Assembly (NCBI GenBank): GCA_023205875.1
Contig: CP060755.1
Span: 1,550,001-1,614,000, forward strand
Direction: 5' to 3'
Length of the DNA: 64,000 nt
From: Chloropicon primus
Taxonomy: Eukaryota
Numbering within the stretch: the stretch's first letter is position 1; each line of letters begins with the position of its first letter. The notes beneath the pieces were generated by a model. It searched no databases. It saw only the letters and a list, made by a program, of their open reading frames with translations, and had not been told where the DNA came from. Below, in pieces: positions 21,206 through 30,256 of the stretch. Made by a program: the position numbers and the translations under genes.

Positions 21206-24139
21206 ATGTCTCAACCGAATGCGGACGGGAGGGGGAAGGGGGGGGCGAAGCGAAGCACGGGGAGAAGGAAGCAGAAGAGGAAAATGCCGTATCTGGCGAA
21301 GCGGTCGCTCGAGTTCTCGGTGGACGTTGTGGAGCTCACCTCCGAGCTTAAGGGCAAGGAAACGACTTTCGATCGCGTCCTGGAGATCTTCAGAACCGCG
21401 GCGGGACAGCAGGAGGCCGAACTTGGGTATTGCAGGCATAAGCACCTGCTTCACAAGTTGGTGTTCAAGGTGCTCCTCAGGGAGTTCTCGGCCCTGCCTG
21501 AGGATGACAAGGGGCTGGAAGCGACTTGTTTGGCCTACGCGAGTCTCGTCGTGGAATTCAATCTCGTCCAAGACCTCGTGGAGGAGCTGAAGCAAGCGAC
21601 CGCACGAGGAGCGGACGAGGAGCGTGACGGGCAGGATGGAGTTCTGCGAAGAGTTTTCTCACACTTGGCTCGCGTGGACCAGGAGTTTTGGGGGCAAGTG
21701 CAAACCGGTCTGAAGCGGAAAACGGGTTTCGGGACAGGCTCCTGCAACAAACCTGGGAGAGAGCAGGGCCCACACCCTTGCAACCAGAAGAGAACTCCGA
21801 AAAAGCTGCACTTGCTGAGAGCATCTGAACGGGCGCTACTGTCATTGGAGGATTGGCCCGAGTATTTGACAAGGCAAGCTGCTTTTAAGAGGACGGACGC
21901 TTCGAACTTTTTGAATTACTTTGACGCCTTCCAGATCGCTGTGGCTGAGGCGACGGCGAAAGGGTCTGGACCGACGGAAGGTATCGCCGAGTTGGTTTTG
22001 AGGGTACTGCGTGCCGCAATGACTTTGCTGAGAAGCTTGGAAGATGCCATGAAAGTAGTGGATGCTCTTTTGCTCACGCAAAGGTTCGTTTACTTTCGCA
22101 ACTCTCTAGGGTCACTGTTCTCCAAATCATTTGTCGAGAGCTCCATTGTATCCATATCGAATAAGACTGCAAAGAACGACGAGAGTTTTGTCCTGGTGCT
22201 GAGGGAGATCCTGCTCTGTCTGTTGATCGATCCAAAGAAGACGATTGAGAAGCTCCTGCGAGGCGGATTGTGCCACAGCTCGCAGGTAGCCATCGTCGTC
22301 GACGTGTTCGTGGGCCTTCCGATACTCGTGAAGCTGAAGGACGGCGAGCCGGGTGCGTCGTGCTACACTTTGGAGATTCTGGCTTCCTTCTTTGCCGAAT
22401 TTTTGGGCGGAACGACGCGGTGCATGAACGAAGAGAGGAATCTGCTGGGCCTCATCAACGGCTTGACCGGTCATCGGGAGCCGGGAACCCTCGCGGGATC
22501 TCCAATCGAGGCAGCAGAGGTCCTGCACGTGTTTCTCGTTGCGCGGGGGGACAAAGAGGTAGCTGAAGCTTCTAGCTTCAGAATCCTGCAGCATTTGCTG
22601 GAATGCACCGTGGGCGGTGGGTCCGCGAAATGCTCGAATGGCGACGTCCTCGCCGTCATGAACATTGTTGACAAATACTGGGAGGGCAGAGACCTGTCCA
22701 AAGAGGATTCGCCTCGTCTTGGGTTTTACCTTGAGACAGCAGAAGTAGTGTCTCGCATCTCCTCCATGTGCGAGGACTGTTTGTCCACAGCGGGGGGGTC
22801 GGAAGTGATCCTGAAGGAAAAGCTGCGTTCTTTGGTTGAAGAGAGTGGCGGCGTTGTGAATGACGCAAAAAAGAGGGGAATGCTTTCGAGAATGACTTTC
22901 TTAGACTCCGAGTGCTCGTCGCAGGTTCCAACCACTAGCATTGGTTTGGTGGAGAGCCTGTGCAGCTTGGTCCTCCAACCTGCCGAGGATCCCATTGCAA
23001 TGATCAAACAAATGTTGTCCATCGACTGCGTCGCCTCTGATCGCAGCTTGGGCGCGGCACGCAGACTGACCATATGGCACATGAGCACGCGTAATCCTCC
23101 CAGTGTGTGTGGGATCATCGAAAGGCTGTGGTGGGAAATGTGCGCAAACCTCAAAGAGTGGATCAATCGCTCACCCCTGAGGGCTTTGAAGTGCGCCTTG
23201 CTCGACGTCATTGCACGGGTACTTCCGTGGTGCACCAGAGGGGAAACAAAGCATTTCTGCTGCTTCCTCTTCCCCGTGACCATTCTGCACAGACTTGGCG
23301 AGAACGTAATGTGCAGCGAGGAGTACCTTCTGTCCTCTCTGCAGGTTTTGGGTGCGACAGAGAGGGCGGAGATGAAAGTGCTGTTCACGGAGGACCTGAC
23401 GGATGCCAAGGAAATCGCGAGTGGAATTCTGAAGCTTGACTTGATCGAGAGCATCGCGAAGGGTGTCCGCGCGCTCGGATCCGTCTATGGGGAAGAGCAC
23501 GATGCCAGAATCCCTGGGCAAGCGCTTCACCAGCTATCGATTGCTCTTTGCATGGCGTGCGTTGAAAGTTTGAAATGGATGAATTCGTCCTGGACCAAGG
23601 TCTTGAGCTTGCATTGCTTTCGTGTCTTGTGCGACACCGTCTCAAGGCTCGGACGGGACAAGATAGACTGCCTGAACAACTTGGTGCTGGAGATGACTCA
23701 CATCATCTTTGATCCAGAGTTCCGGAGTGCCTACGCCTGCAAGTCACCTTTCTGGGTGGAGTGCGAAGCGGTGGTGGAGAAAATGTTTGTGGACTCTGGT
23801 GCTGACCCGACGGCCCTGGCGGAAAAGCTCTGCGCCGTCAGGTCTCCGGCAGCGCGCCAGACTCACTTGTCTCGGTTGGTGCAAGTGCTTTCCAGTGGCC
23901 TCAAGGGGAGTCCACTGGAGGACGCGATTCGATCCGCGATGCTCGCGCAGGACGCCAACGAGGACGAGGACGAGGACGAGACGTTCCACGAGGAAGAGCC
24001 CGGCTCGAAAGCCGAGGCCGGCAACGCGAGCTTGCCCGGGCTGAGGTACACGAAGAGCTTCATGCTGGGCGTGCTGGACAAGCTCTTGCAGGACCACCCA
24101 AAGCTTCCTGTTCCAGACGGTTGCACCCTGCCCTTCTGA
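21206..24139 (+). CDS. Large alpha-helical uncharacterised protein (possibly Gemin4-like)
   Basis: 977-aa ORF with GCCATG start, Leu/Cys-rich helical composition, TGTAA downstream near 24175. Confidence 0.8.
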   Translation: MSQPNADGRGKGGAKRSTGRRKQKRKMPYLAKRSLEFSVDVVELTSELKGKETTFDRVLEIFRTAAGQQEAELGYCRHKHLLHKLVFKVLLREFSALPEDDKGLEATCLAYASLVVEFNLVQDLVEELKQATARGADEERDGQDGVLRRVFSHLARVDQEFWGQVQTGLKRKTGFGTGSCNKPGREQGPHPCNQKRTPKKLHLLRASERALLSLEDWPEYLTRQAAFKRTDASNFLNYFDAFQIAVAEATAKGSGPTEGIAELVLRVLRAAMTLLRSLEDAMKVVDALLLTQRFVYFRNSLGSLFSKSFVESSIVSISNKTAKNDESFVLVLREILLCLLIDPKKTIEKLLRGGLCHSSQVAIVVDVFVGLPILVKLKDGEPGASCYTLEILASFFAEFLGGTTRCMNEERNLLGLINGLTGHREPGTLAGSPIEAAEVLHVFLVARGDKEVAEASSFRILQHLLECTVGGGSAKCSNGDVLAVMNIVDKYWEGRDLSKEDSPRLGFYLETAEVVSRISSMCEDCLSTAGGSEVILKEKLRSLVEESGGVVNDAKKRGMLSRMTFLDSECSSQVPTTSIGLVESLCSLVLQPAEDPIAMIKQMLSIDCVASDRSLGAARRLTIWHMSTRNPPSVCGIIERLWWEMCANLKEWINRSPLRALKCALLDVIARVLPWCTRGETKHFCCFLFPVTILHRLGENVMCSEEYLLSSLQVLGATERAEMKVLFTEDLTDAKEIASGILKLDLIESIAKGVRALGSVYGEEHDARIPGQALHQLSIALCMACVESLKWMNSSWTKVLSLHCFRVLCDTVSRLGRDKIDCLNNLVLEMTHIIFDPEFRSAYACKSPFWVECEAVVEKMFVDSGADPTALAEKLCAVRSPAARQTHLSRLVQVLSSGLKGSPLEDAIRSAMLAQDANEDEDEDETFHEEEPGSKAEAGNASLPGLRYTKSFMLGVLDKLLQDHPKLPVPDGCTLPF

Positions 24140-24225
24140 GCCAAGGTGAACCACCACCAAGTAAAAACAATTGTTGTAACAAATACACCGACGAGAGTTT
24201 CTCTCTCCTCACAAAGGACGCTTGT

Positions 24226-24756
24226 TTACTCGCCACTCTCCCTTTCTTGCATCATCCTTTCGATGAAATCCACGTTGAGCTCCCTGCAAGCCTCCTCCTC
24301 CACCCCGACGACGACCTCGATGCCGTTGTCCTTCAGGGTCTGGATCCCAGTTCCAGAGACGAGGGGGTTGGGGTCCTCCATGCCCACCACGACTCTCGAA
24401 ACTCCCGCTGTCACCAGCGCCAGGCTGCAGGGCGGCGTCCTCCCGTAGTGGTTGCAAGGCTCGAGGGTCACGTAGGCTGTGGCCCCCTCGGCCTTGTTCC
24501 CGGCTGCCCTGAGCGCGAAGACCTCCGCGTGCGGCTGTCCAGCCGCGGGGTGAAAGCCTTCCCCGATCACTTGCCCGTCCCTCACGATGACGCAGCCGAC
24601 CATAGGATTTGGGTGCGTCTTTCCCCTCGCGCGTTCCGCCAATCCCAGCGCTTTGCGCATCATCTGCGCCTCATGGGACCCGCCCGGGGACGCTTGAGCC
24701 TGGCAGGCCCGCGTCGTCCCTCGAGGGCCTCTTGCTCTAGGCCCCGCGGCGACCAT
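24226..24756 (-). CDS. PYRD: Riboflavin biosynthesis pyrimidine deaminase (RibD/PyrD deaminase domain only)
   Basis: PNPMVGCVIV, HAE and TLEPCNHYGRTPPC zinc motifs, DPNP; short transit-peptide-like N-terminus. Confidence 0.92.
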   Translation of the reverse strand: MVAAGPRARGPRGTTRACQAQASPGGSHEAQMMRKALGLAERARGKTHPNPMVGCVIVRDGQVIGEGFHPAAGQPHAEVFALRAAGNKAEGATAYVTLEPCNHYGRTPPCSLALVTAGVSRVVVGMEDPNPLVSGTGIQTLKDNGIEVVVGVEEEACRELNVDFIERMMQERESGE

Positions 24757-24950
24757 GATCACTTGATCCCCCTGAAGGCCCCTGGAGGCAAAAGCTCTGG
24801 AGGCAAAAGCTCTCCAAAACCATTGGGGGGCCTTTCCAAGTGTGTGTGTGTGTGTGTGTGTGTTTACAAGTTATGTGGGTTGGTGTTTTTATACAATGAT
24901 GATAATGGTTACCGGTTGGTTGGCGCGGCGGGACCTCATTCTTCCGCTCT

Positions 24951-26525
24951 TTAGATGGTCTCCTTCTTGACGTTAAGCGCTTTCCTGATGGTCTTCTGGA
25001 TCTGCAAGTACAAGGACTTTTTCCGGAAGGAGACCATCTCTCGAGAAAAGTTTGTTTCGATGATGGAGATGGGCAGGGCGAGCGCCAAGATACCCGTCAA
25101 GACCGAGCAAGTCCCGATGAATTTCCCCAGGGGGCTCAAAATTTCCGTGTCGCCGTACCCAACGACCGTCATGGTCTGGCACACCACCCAGAAAGTAGAA
25201 ACAATGCTGTCAAAGGGACTCTGCTGGTAGACGGCCACGCAGTCGTCCTTGAGCTTGCCGACGCTGATGGTGGAGAAGACGTCGACCACCTGCCCCTTGT
25301 ACTCGCAGTTCAGGTACGGGTCCTCCTGCAGGCACAGGTAGGGGCACAGGAACCCTACCCTCCTCCTCCAAACGTCCACCTCCTCGTCGTAGGTTCCCCT
25401 CTCCGCGTAATACAAAACGCTCGAGTAGAGGATCGTGGTGATGCTGAGGAAGAAGATCAGCATGCCCAAGGGCGTGCTGCTGTTGCTGACCGTGCCGCTC
25501 AGCACAGAGATGAAGGTCTTCATCACCTTGAAGAGCCGCAGGACTCGGGCCAGCCTCATCAGCCTCAGTATCGACAAGCCAGGGACGAGCGTCTCGCTGC
25601 TGAAGAGGTCGATGTAGAAGGGCAAAATCGCGATGAAATCGACGATGTTCATCACGTTCCTGACGAACTTGCCCTGATTCTCAGTCACGATGAACCTTGC
25701 GATGAGCTCGACCGTGAATGCGGCGACGCAAACCGTCTCTATCGACTTGAGGACCCCCTTCACGCTCTCCTGGTCCTTGACGACTGGAAGGGTCTCCACC
25801 ACAAAAATCACGCTAGACAGGAAGATGAGAGAATTGATGAACAGGGAGACCACGAAGGACATCTGGCTCGAGGCTGGCTCGTTCAGCACATCGTTCATCT
25901 TCGTGGTGAAGCTTCTCTTCTTCTCGTAATTCTGACCGTCCAGGCTGAAGCGCCGGACGAGCTGTCCGCTGCGGGCGTGCTTGTGCCACGCCTCCCAAAC
26001 GTCGCTCTGGGCCTCGATGATGACTCCGGGGTAAACCTGGGACAGGACGCTGAGGAGCTCCGGGGCCTCTTCCACCATCTTCCCCGTCTTGGTCCTCCTT
26101 TGCGGTATGAAGTACATCCTCGCCTTGTTCAGCAAAAAGGCGTGAAGGACGCTCTCGGGAAAGTTGAAGACTTTGAAGAAGTGATTCTGCAGGTCCACCT
26201 TGGTATCAAAACGCGACCAAGTCACCATCTTTGTCTTCCCCTTGAAGCGCAAAAATATTGGGAACTGCTCCCCGTAAGACTCGCAGACCTTGTTGTGGGG
26301 ACTGTCCGGCAGCTCAGACATGGCGCGCTGCATTATCGTTTGCAGCTTCAGTTTGACGCTCGTGGTTGGCGTCGGTGTCCCAAGTCCCGCAGAGTCTTGT
26401 CTCGACGAGCTCTCCAGGTTCTCGTCCCCCCCTTCACCCGCATTGATGCAGTCCTTCGCTTCCTCCTCGTCCCCTCTCACGTTTGGACTCCTCCCGCCCC
26501 TGGTCGCTTGGTTGAAGAACATCAT
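24951..26525 (-). CDS. Six-TM voltage-gated (Kv-like) potassium channel
   Basis: NIVDFIAILPFY (S3), LRLMRLARVLRLFK (S4), TMTVVGYGD pore, ALPISII (S6). Confidence 0.92.
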   Translation of the reverse strand: MMFFNQATRGGRSPNVRGDEEEAKDCINAGEGGDENLESSSRQDSAGLGTPTPTTSVKLKLQTIMQRAMSELPDSPHNKVCESYGEQFPIFLRFKGKTKMVTWSRFDTKVDLQNHFFKVFNFPESVLHAFLLNKARMYFIPQRRTKTGKMVEEAPELLSVLSQVYPGVIIEAQSDVWEAWHKHARSGQLVRRFSLDGQNYEKKRSFTTKMNDVLNEPASSQMSFVVSLFINSLIFLSSVIFVVETLPVVKDQESVKGVLKSIETVCVAAFTVELIARFIVTENQGKFVRNVMNIVDFIAILPFYIDLFSSETLVPGLSILRLMRLARVLRLFKVMKTFISVLSGTVSNSSTPLGMLIFFLSITTILYSSVLYYAERGTYDEEVDVWRRRVGFLCPYLCLQEDPYLNCEYKGQVVDVFSTISVGKLKDDCVAVYQQSPFDSIVSTFWVVCQTMTVVGYGDTEILSPLGKFIGTCSVLTGILALALPISIIETNFSREMVSFRKKSLYLQIQKTIRKALNVKKETI

Positions 26526-27072
26526 CTTGCTAGTTCTCCTGCCAGGGACGACCCCGTGCCCTCCGTCTCCAATGCAAGCACGCGCAAAATAAAGTAGTCC
26601 AAAGAAGCGTGTTTTCTCAAGTCATCGCCTCGCACCCTGGATGGTCCGTCTTTAGCAGCAGCAAGTTTTTTCCTGTCCTCTTGTCTCCTTCCTCCATGGA
26701 CAACCCAAGGACTCGGTCTCAAGGCGAGGTCGTTCCTCGGGGCCAAGTTCTGTGTCCGCGGAAAGGGCGCACTTTCGTCCCGCAAGACCCCCCCACGCGT
26801 CCTCGTGCCTTGTTCTTGTCCTCCTGGTTCGAGCGTCCGCACCATAAAGCGGCCCAACCGGTGGGGTGGTGCTATAACCTCTCCCAGGGAGCGAGCGTCG
26901 TCGTATTCCTCTAAGAAAGGTAGAATAGAAAAGCAAGGAAATGACGTTGGACACTATCATTGACTTTGATTGAGAGGAGGGGAAAGGAAAGGGACGCGAG
27001 GCCGAGGCGAGGCGAGGGAAGGGGACGGAGAGAGACGGGACAGAGGTTTGTTCTTGGGAGAGAGGAAGCGCC

Positions 27073-28062
27073 ATGACGATTCCGAACGACGCCTTGAGTG
27101 GCAAGTTTGGTATGAAGCCTTCCGTTCCGACGCAGCCACTGAGGAGGGAGATATTGAAGTGGATGCACTCGCTAGACTTGTCACAGTCTATCAGGCAGAT
27201 ACGAAGGTAAGGACCCGACACCACCTGGAGGGGAGCTCGGCTTCTCCCCCTCCGGTGGGGGAATTGAAGGCCTGCGGCGTCTGACCACCTGTTTTTCTTT
27301 TTCTGTCTCCTCACTCGTCTTCCCCCCCGCGCAGGGATGCGATGAACGGGTACTTGGTCGCTGAGATATGCAGCAGATACTATCCTGTACGTGACACGAA
27401 AGGAAAGCGAGGGCGTGTTCCTTTTCGCCAGGCGACTGACTCCTTCTTCTTCTCGAACGCTCCTCTTCGCCTTTCAGTCCGACATACAGATGCACGGCTT
27501 TCAGAACGGCTTGTCCACTCCGGTCAAGCTGGACAACTGGCAGCAGCTTCAGAAGTTCTTCAACAAACGCGATTTGAGGGTGCCCAAGAATCTTATCGAG
27601 GACACGCTCAAGGTAAGTACACGCCGGCGAGAAGGCCTGAGAGGCCTGGAGGTCCATCCACCTGACCGCAATTTCGATGTTTGATTCGCTAAAAGGGAGT
27701 TCAAGGAGCCGCGGCGACTATGATGGAGACCTTGTACACTCTTCTAACGGAGAAAAGGTAAGTCCCTCACGACGCCTTTGGGTTTTTCCGAGGTCTGTCA
27801 TACTGATCACCCCTCGCCTCTTCCAATTCGCTCTTTGCCCGACTGTCTTTTTCTCAGCTTGCCTGAGAACGCGAAGATTCCAACGAGCCCGGGGCCAAGC
27901 TCAGAGACTGGCACGGTGAGCATAACCCCCTCGAGGAGCCAGACCAGGGCTGCGGGCTCGGGCACGCGGGATGGCACCCAGGGCTCCGATCCCATTAGGC
28001 AATCGATTCAGAACCAACCCAGCGTTGTCATTGATGACGCCAAGGTCACGCCACTCTCGTAA
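27073..28062 (+). CDS. SPATA4/SPEF1-like calponin-homology protein; exons 27073-27206, 27335-27386, 27478-27612, 27696-27757, 27858-28062
   Basis: Spliced: [68 protein letters not shown]...METLYTLLT. Four GT-AG introns, all in phase. Confidence 0.85.
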
Positions 28063-28631
28063 AGTTAAAGTCTTTTTTCTCAATATATCATAGCACTACA
28101 ACATTGATTGCACACACACACACACACCACGCACGCACACAACGCACGTAATACATAGATAGGCGGAGGGGAACAACCAGGCCCACAAGTGCCTTGCACC
28201 GTATTGAGTCCTCGATCGATCGCATCGAGGATCAGTGTTGGAGTTGGAGTTGGGAAGCACTTTCTACTTCTTGTGCGACGCTGAACCGATGCGTCTTGCT
28301 GCTTTTCAGGGCAGCATGGGGGCGCTGAAGTGGCTGGGATCCCTTCGGATATCGCCAAGGCCGGCATTGGAGTTGCGATGGACGAAACAAAGCTCTCTCC
28401 CTTCTTCTAATCTAATCCTCCTCGAGGGCCCCACGTGCGTCATTGTGAATGATTCACAACCGTTTTCGTGGGGCGAGCGTCTCGGACGAGAGGGCTAGCG
28501 CGCCAAGCTCAAGCTTGCAGTGGGTGGCGGGCTCGGTCCACGCGGAACGGAGGGGTCGAAGCCAAGCGCCCTGCCGTCCTCCCGTCTCGTTCCGCGGCGG
28601 GACTCGAGGGGAGAGAGATCTCGTCGAGACG

Positions 28632-30010
28632 ATGGAGAGGAGGAGATCGAAAGGGGAAGAGTCGGGGTCGGGCGAGGCCGAGAGGGGGGGGGCCGAGGCC
28701 GAGACGGCCGAGAGGGGGCCGGAGGGGAGGAGCAGCCTCTTCAAAAGAGCGGTTCAGGCAACCCTCTTCACGGTTCGCGCGGCTTCCGACGGCGTCAGCA
28801 GCGCTCGGAAGGTTCCCTTGAAGAGGCGGATCCAGACTTTCTGGTTGCTGACTTGGCTCGTCGGATTGTTCCTCCTCCCCCTGCTCGTCTTGCCCCTCTG
28901 CGCTTTCCTCATTTTCGCGACGCCGCTGTCTCCACTTGTGGTAAGTCATCACCACCCCACCGGGCTCCTCCTCCCCACCCTCGGCATCTCCTGCTCAGCA
29001 CCAGGGCGAGGCTCGCGCTTTGGCTGACCAGTGATCTCACTGATGATCTCGTGATCTCGTCTTTGTCTCCACGCCTCTCTCTCTCTCTCTCTCCCGCGTT
29101 GTGCTGTGTCGTGCGCGCTTGGAACCTGGTCGCACCACCCCTTACGCGCCACCAGATCGGGTACATCACTTGGCTGGGGTTCATTGACAAGTCTGCGAGG
29201 ACCGGGACGCGAAAGAGAGTTCTCAGCGGGGCTTTTATTTGGAACCACATCAGGGATTACTTCCCGATGGCCCTCGTCAAGACGGCCGACATCGAGCCGA
29301 ACCGGTCGTACGTCTTTGGTTACCACCCGCACGGGGTGATCAGCATGGGGGCCGTCATCAATTTCGCGACGTTCGCCACGGGCTTTGACAAGAAGTTCCC
29401 AGGAGTCAACGTGCACTTGCTCACGCTCGCGTCCAACTTCTACATCCCTCTCTGCAGGGAGTGGATCCTGGGGATGGGCCTCTGCGACGCGTCGAAGGAG
29501 ACGTGCCACAACATCCTCAAGAAGGGGAAGGGGGAGAGCATCATGCTGGCGGTGGGGGGCGCGGAGGAGTCCCTGGACTCCCACCCCGGGAGCTACAAGC
29601 TCACGCTCAAGGAGAGGAAGGGGTTCGTGAGGGTGGCGCTCAAGGCCGGGGCCTCGCTCGTCCCCGTGATGTCCTTCGGGGAGACGGAGCTCTGGTCGGC
29701 CTTGCCCAACCCGGACGGCTCCAGGATCAGGTACTTCCAGCAGGAGATGAAGAAGCTGCTCAAGTTCACCGTGCCCTTCTTCCACGGCCGGGGCGTCTTC
29801 AACTACAACTTCGGCTTGATGCCTTTCCGGAGGCCCATCCACTCGGTGGTCGGGGAGCCCATCTACATCGACGCCCCGTACGACATCAGCACGGACGAGG
29901 GGAGGGACAAGGTGGACGAGGTCCACGCCCTCTACATCGCAAGGCTGAAGGAGCTCTTCGAGAAGCACAAGAAGGACTATGGCATCTCCAGCTCCCTCGT
30001 GATCAAGTGA
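28632..30010 (+). CDS. DGAT2: Type-2 diacylglycerol acyltransferase (DGAT2/MGAT family); exons 28632-28940 and 29156-30010
   Basis: YFP, YHPHG, GGAEE, RKGFVRVAL, LVPVMSFGE, VVGEPI; N-terminal TM hairpin split by the intron. Confidence 0.93.
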
Positions 30011-30256
30011 GAGGGCCCCTCTCTCGCCCGGCGGGCGGTAAAAAAACATAAAGTTGAATCCACAACGAATATATACAACTGCGCTTGCCATTCTTCCCCT
30101 CCCCCCGTGTCCCCTCCCTGATTTGCCCCCGTGTGTGTGGCATTCAAGGGCTGGGGAGCTCGACCACAAAGTCACACTCAGGGCGGAAGTAACGGCTGTG
30201 GGTTTTTTAAGTTGGGGTTCCGCGGAGGAACGAACGAGTTGCGGGGAGGTGCTGGG

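Noticed and set aside
24781..24812. Short tandem duplications (CTGGAGGCAAAAGCT twice; also CCTGCACAAAGTC twice near 15077-15104)
   Set aside because: Two-copy slippage duplications without spacers or terminal repeats; not CRISPR and no evidence of a mobile element.
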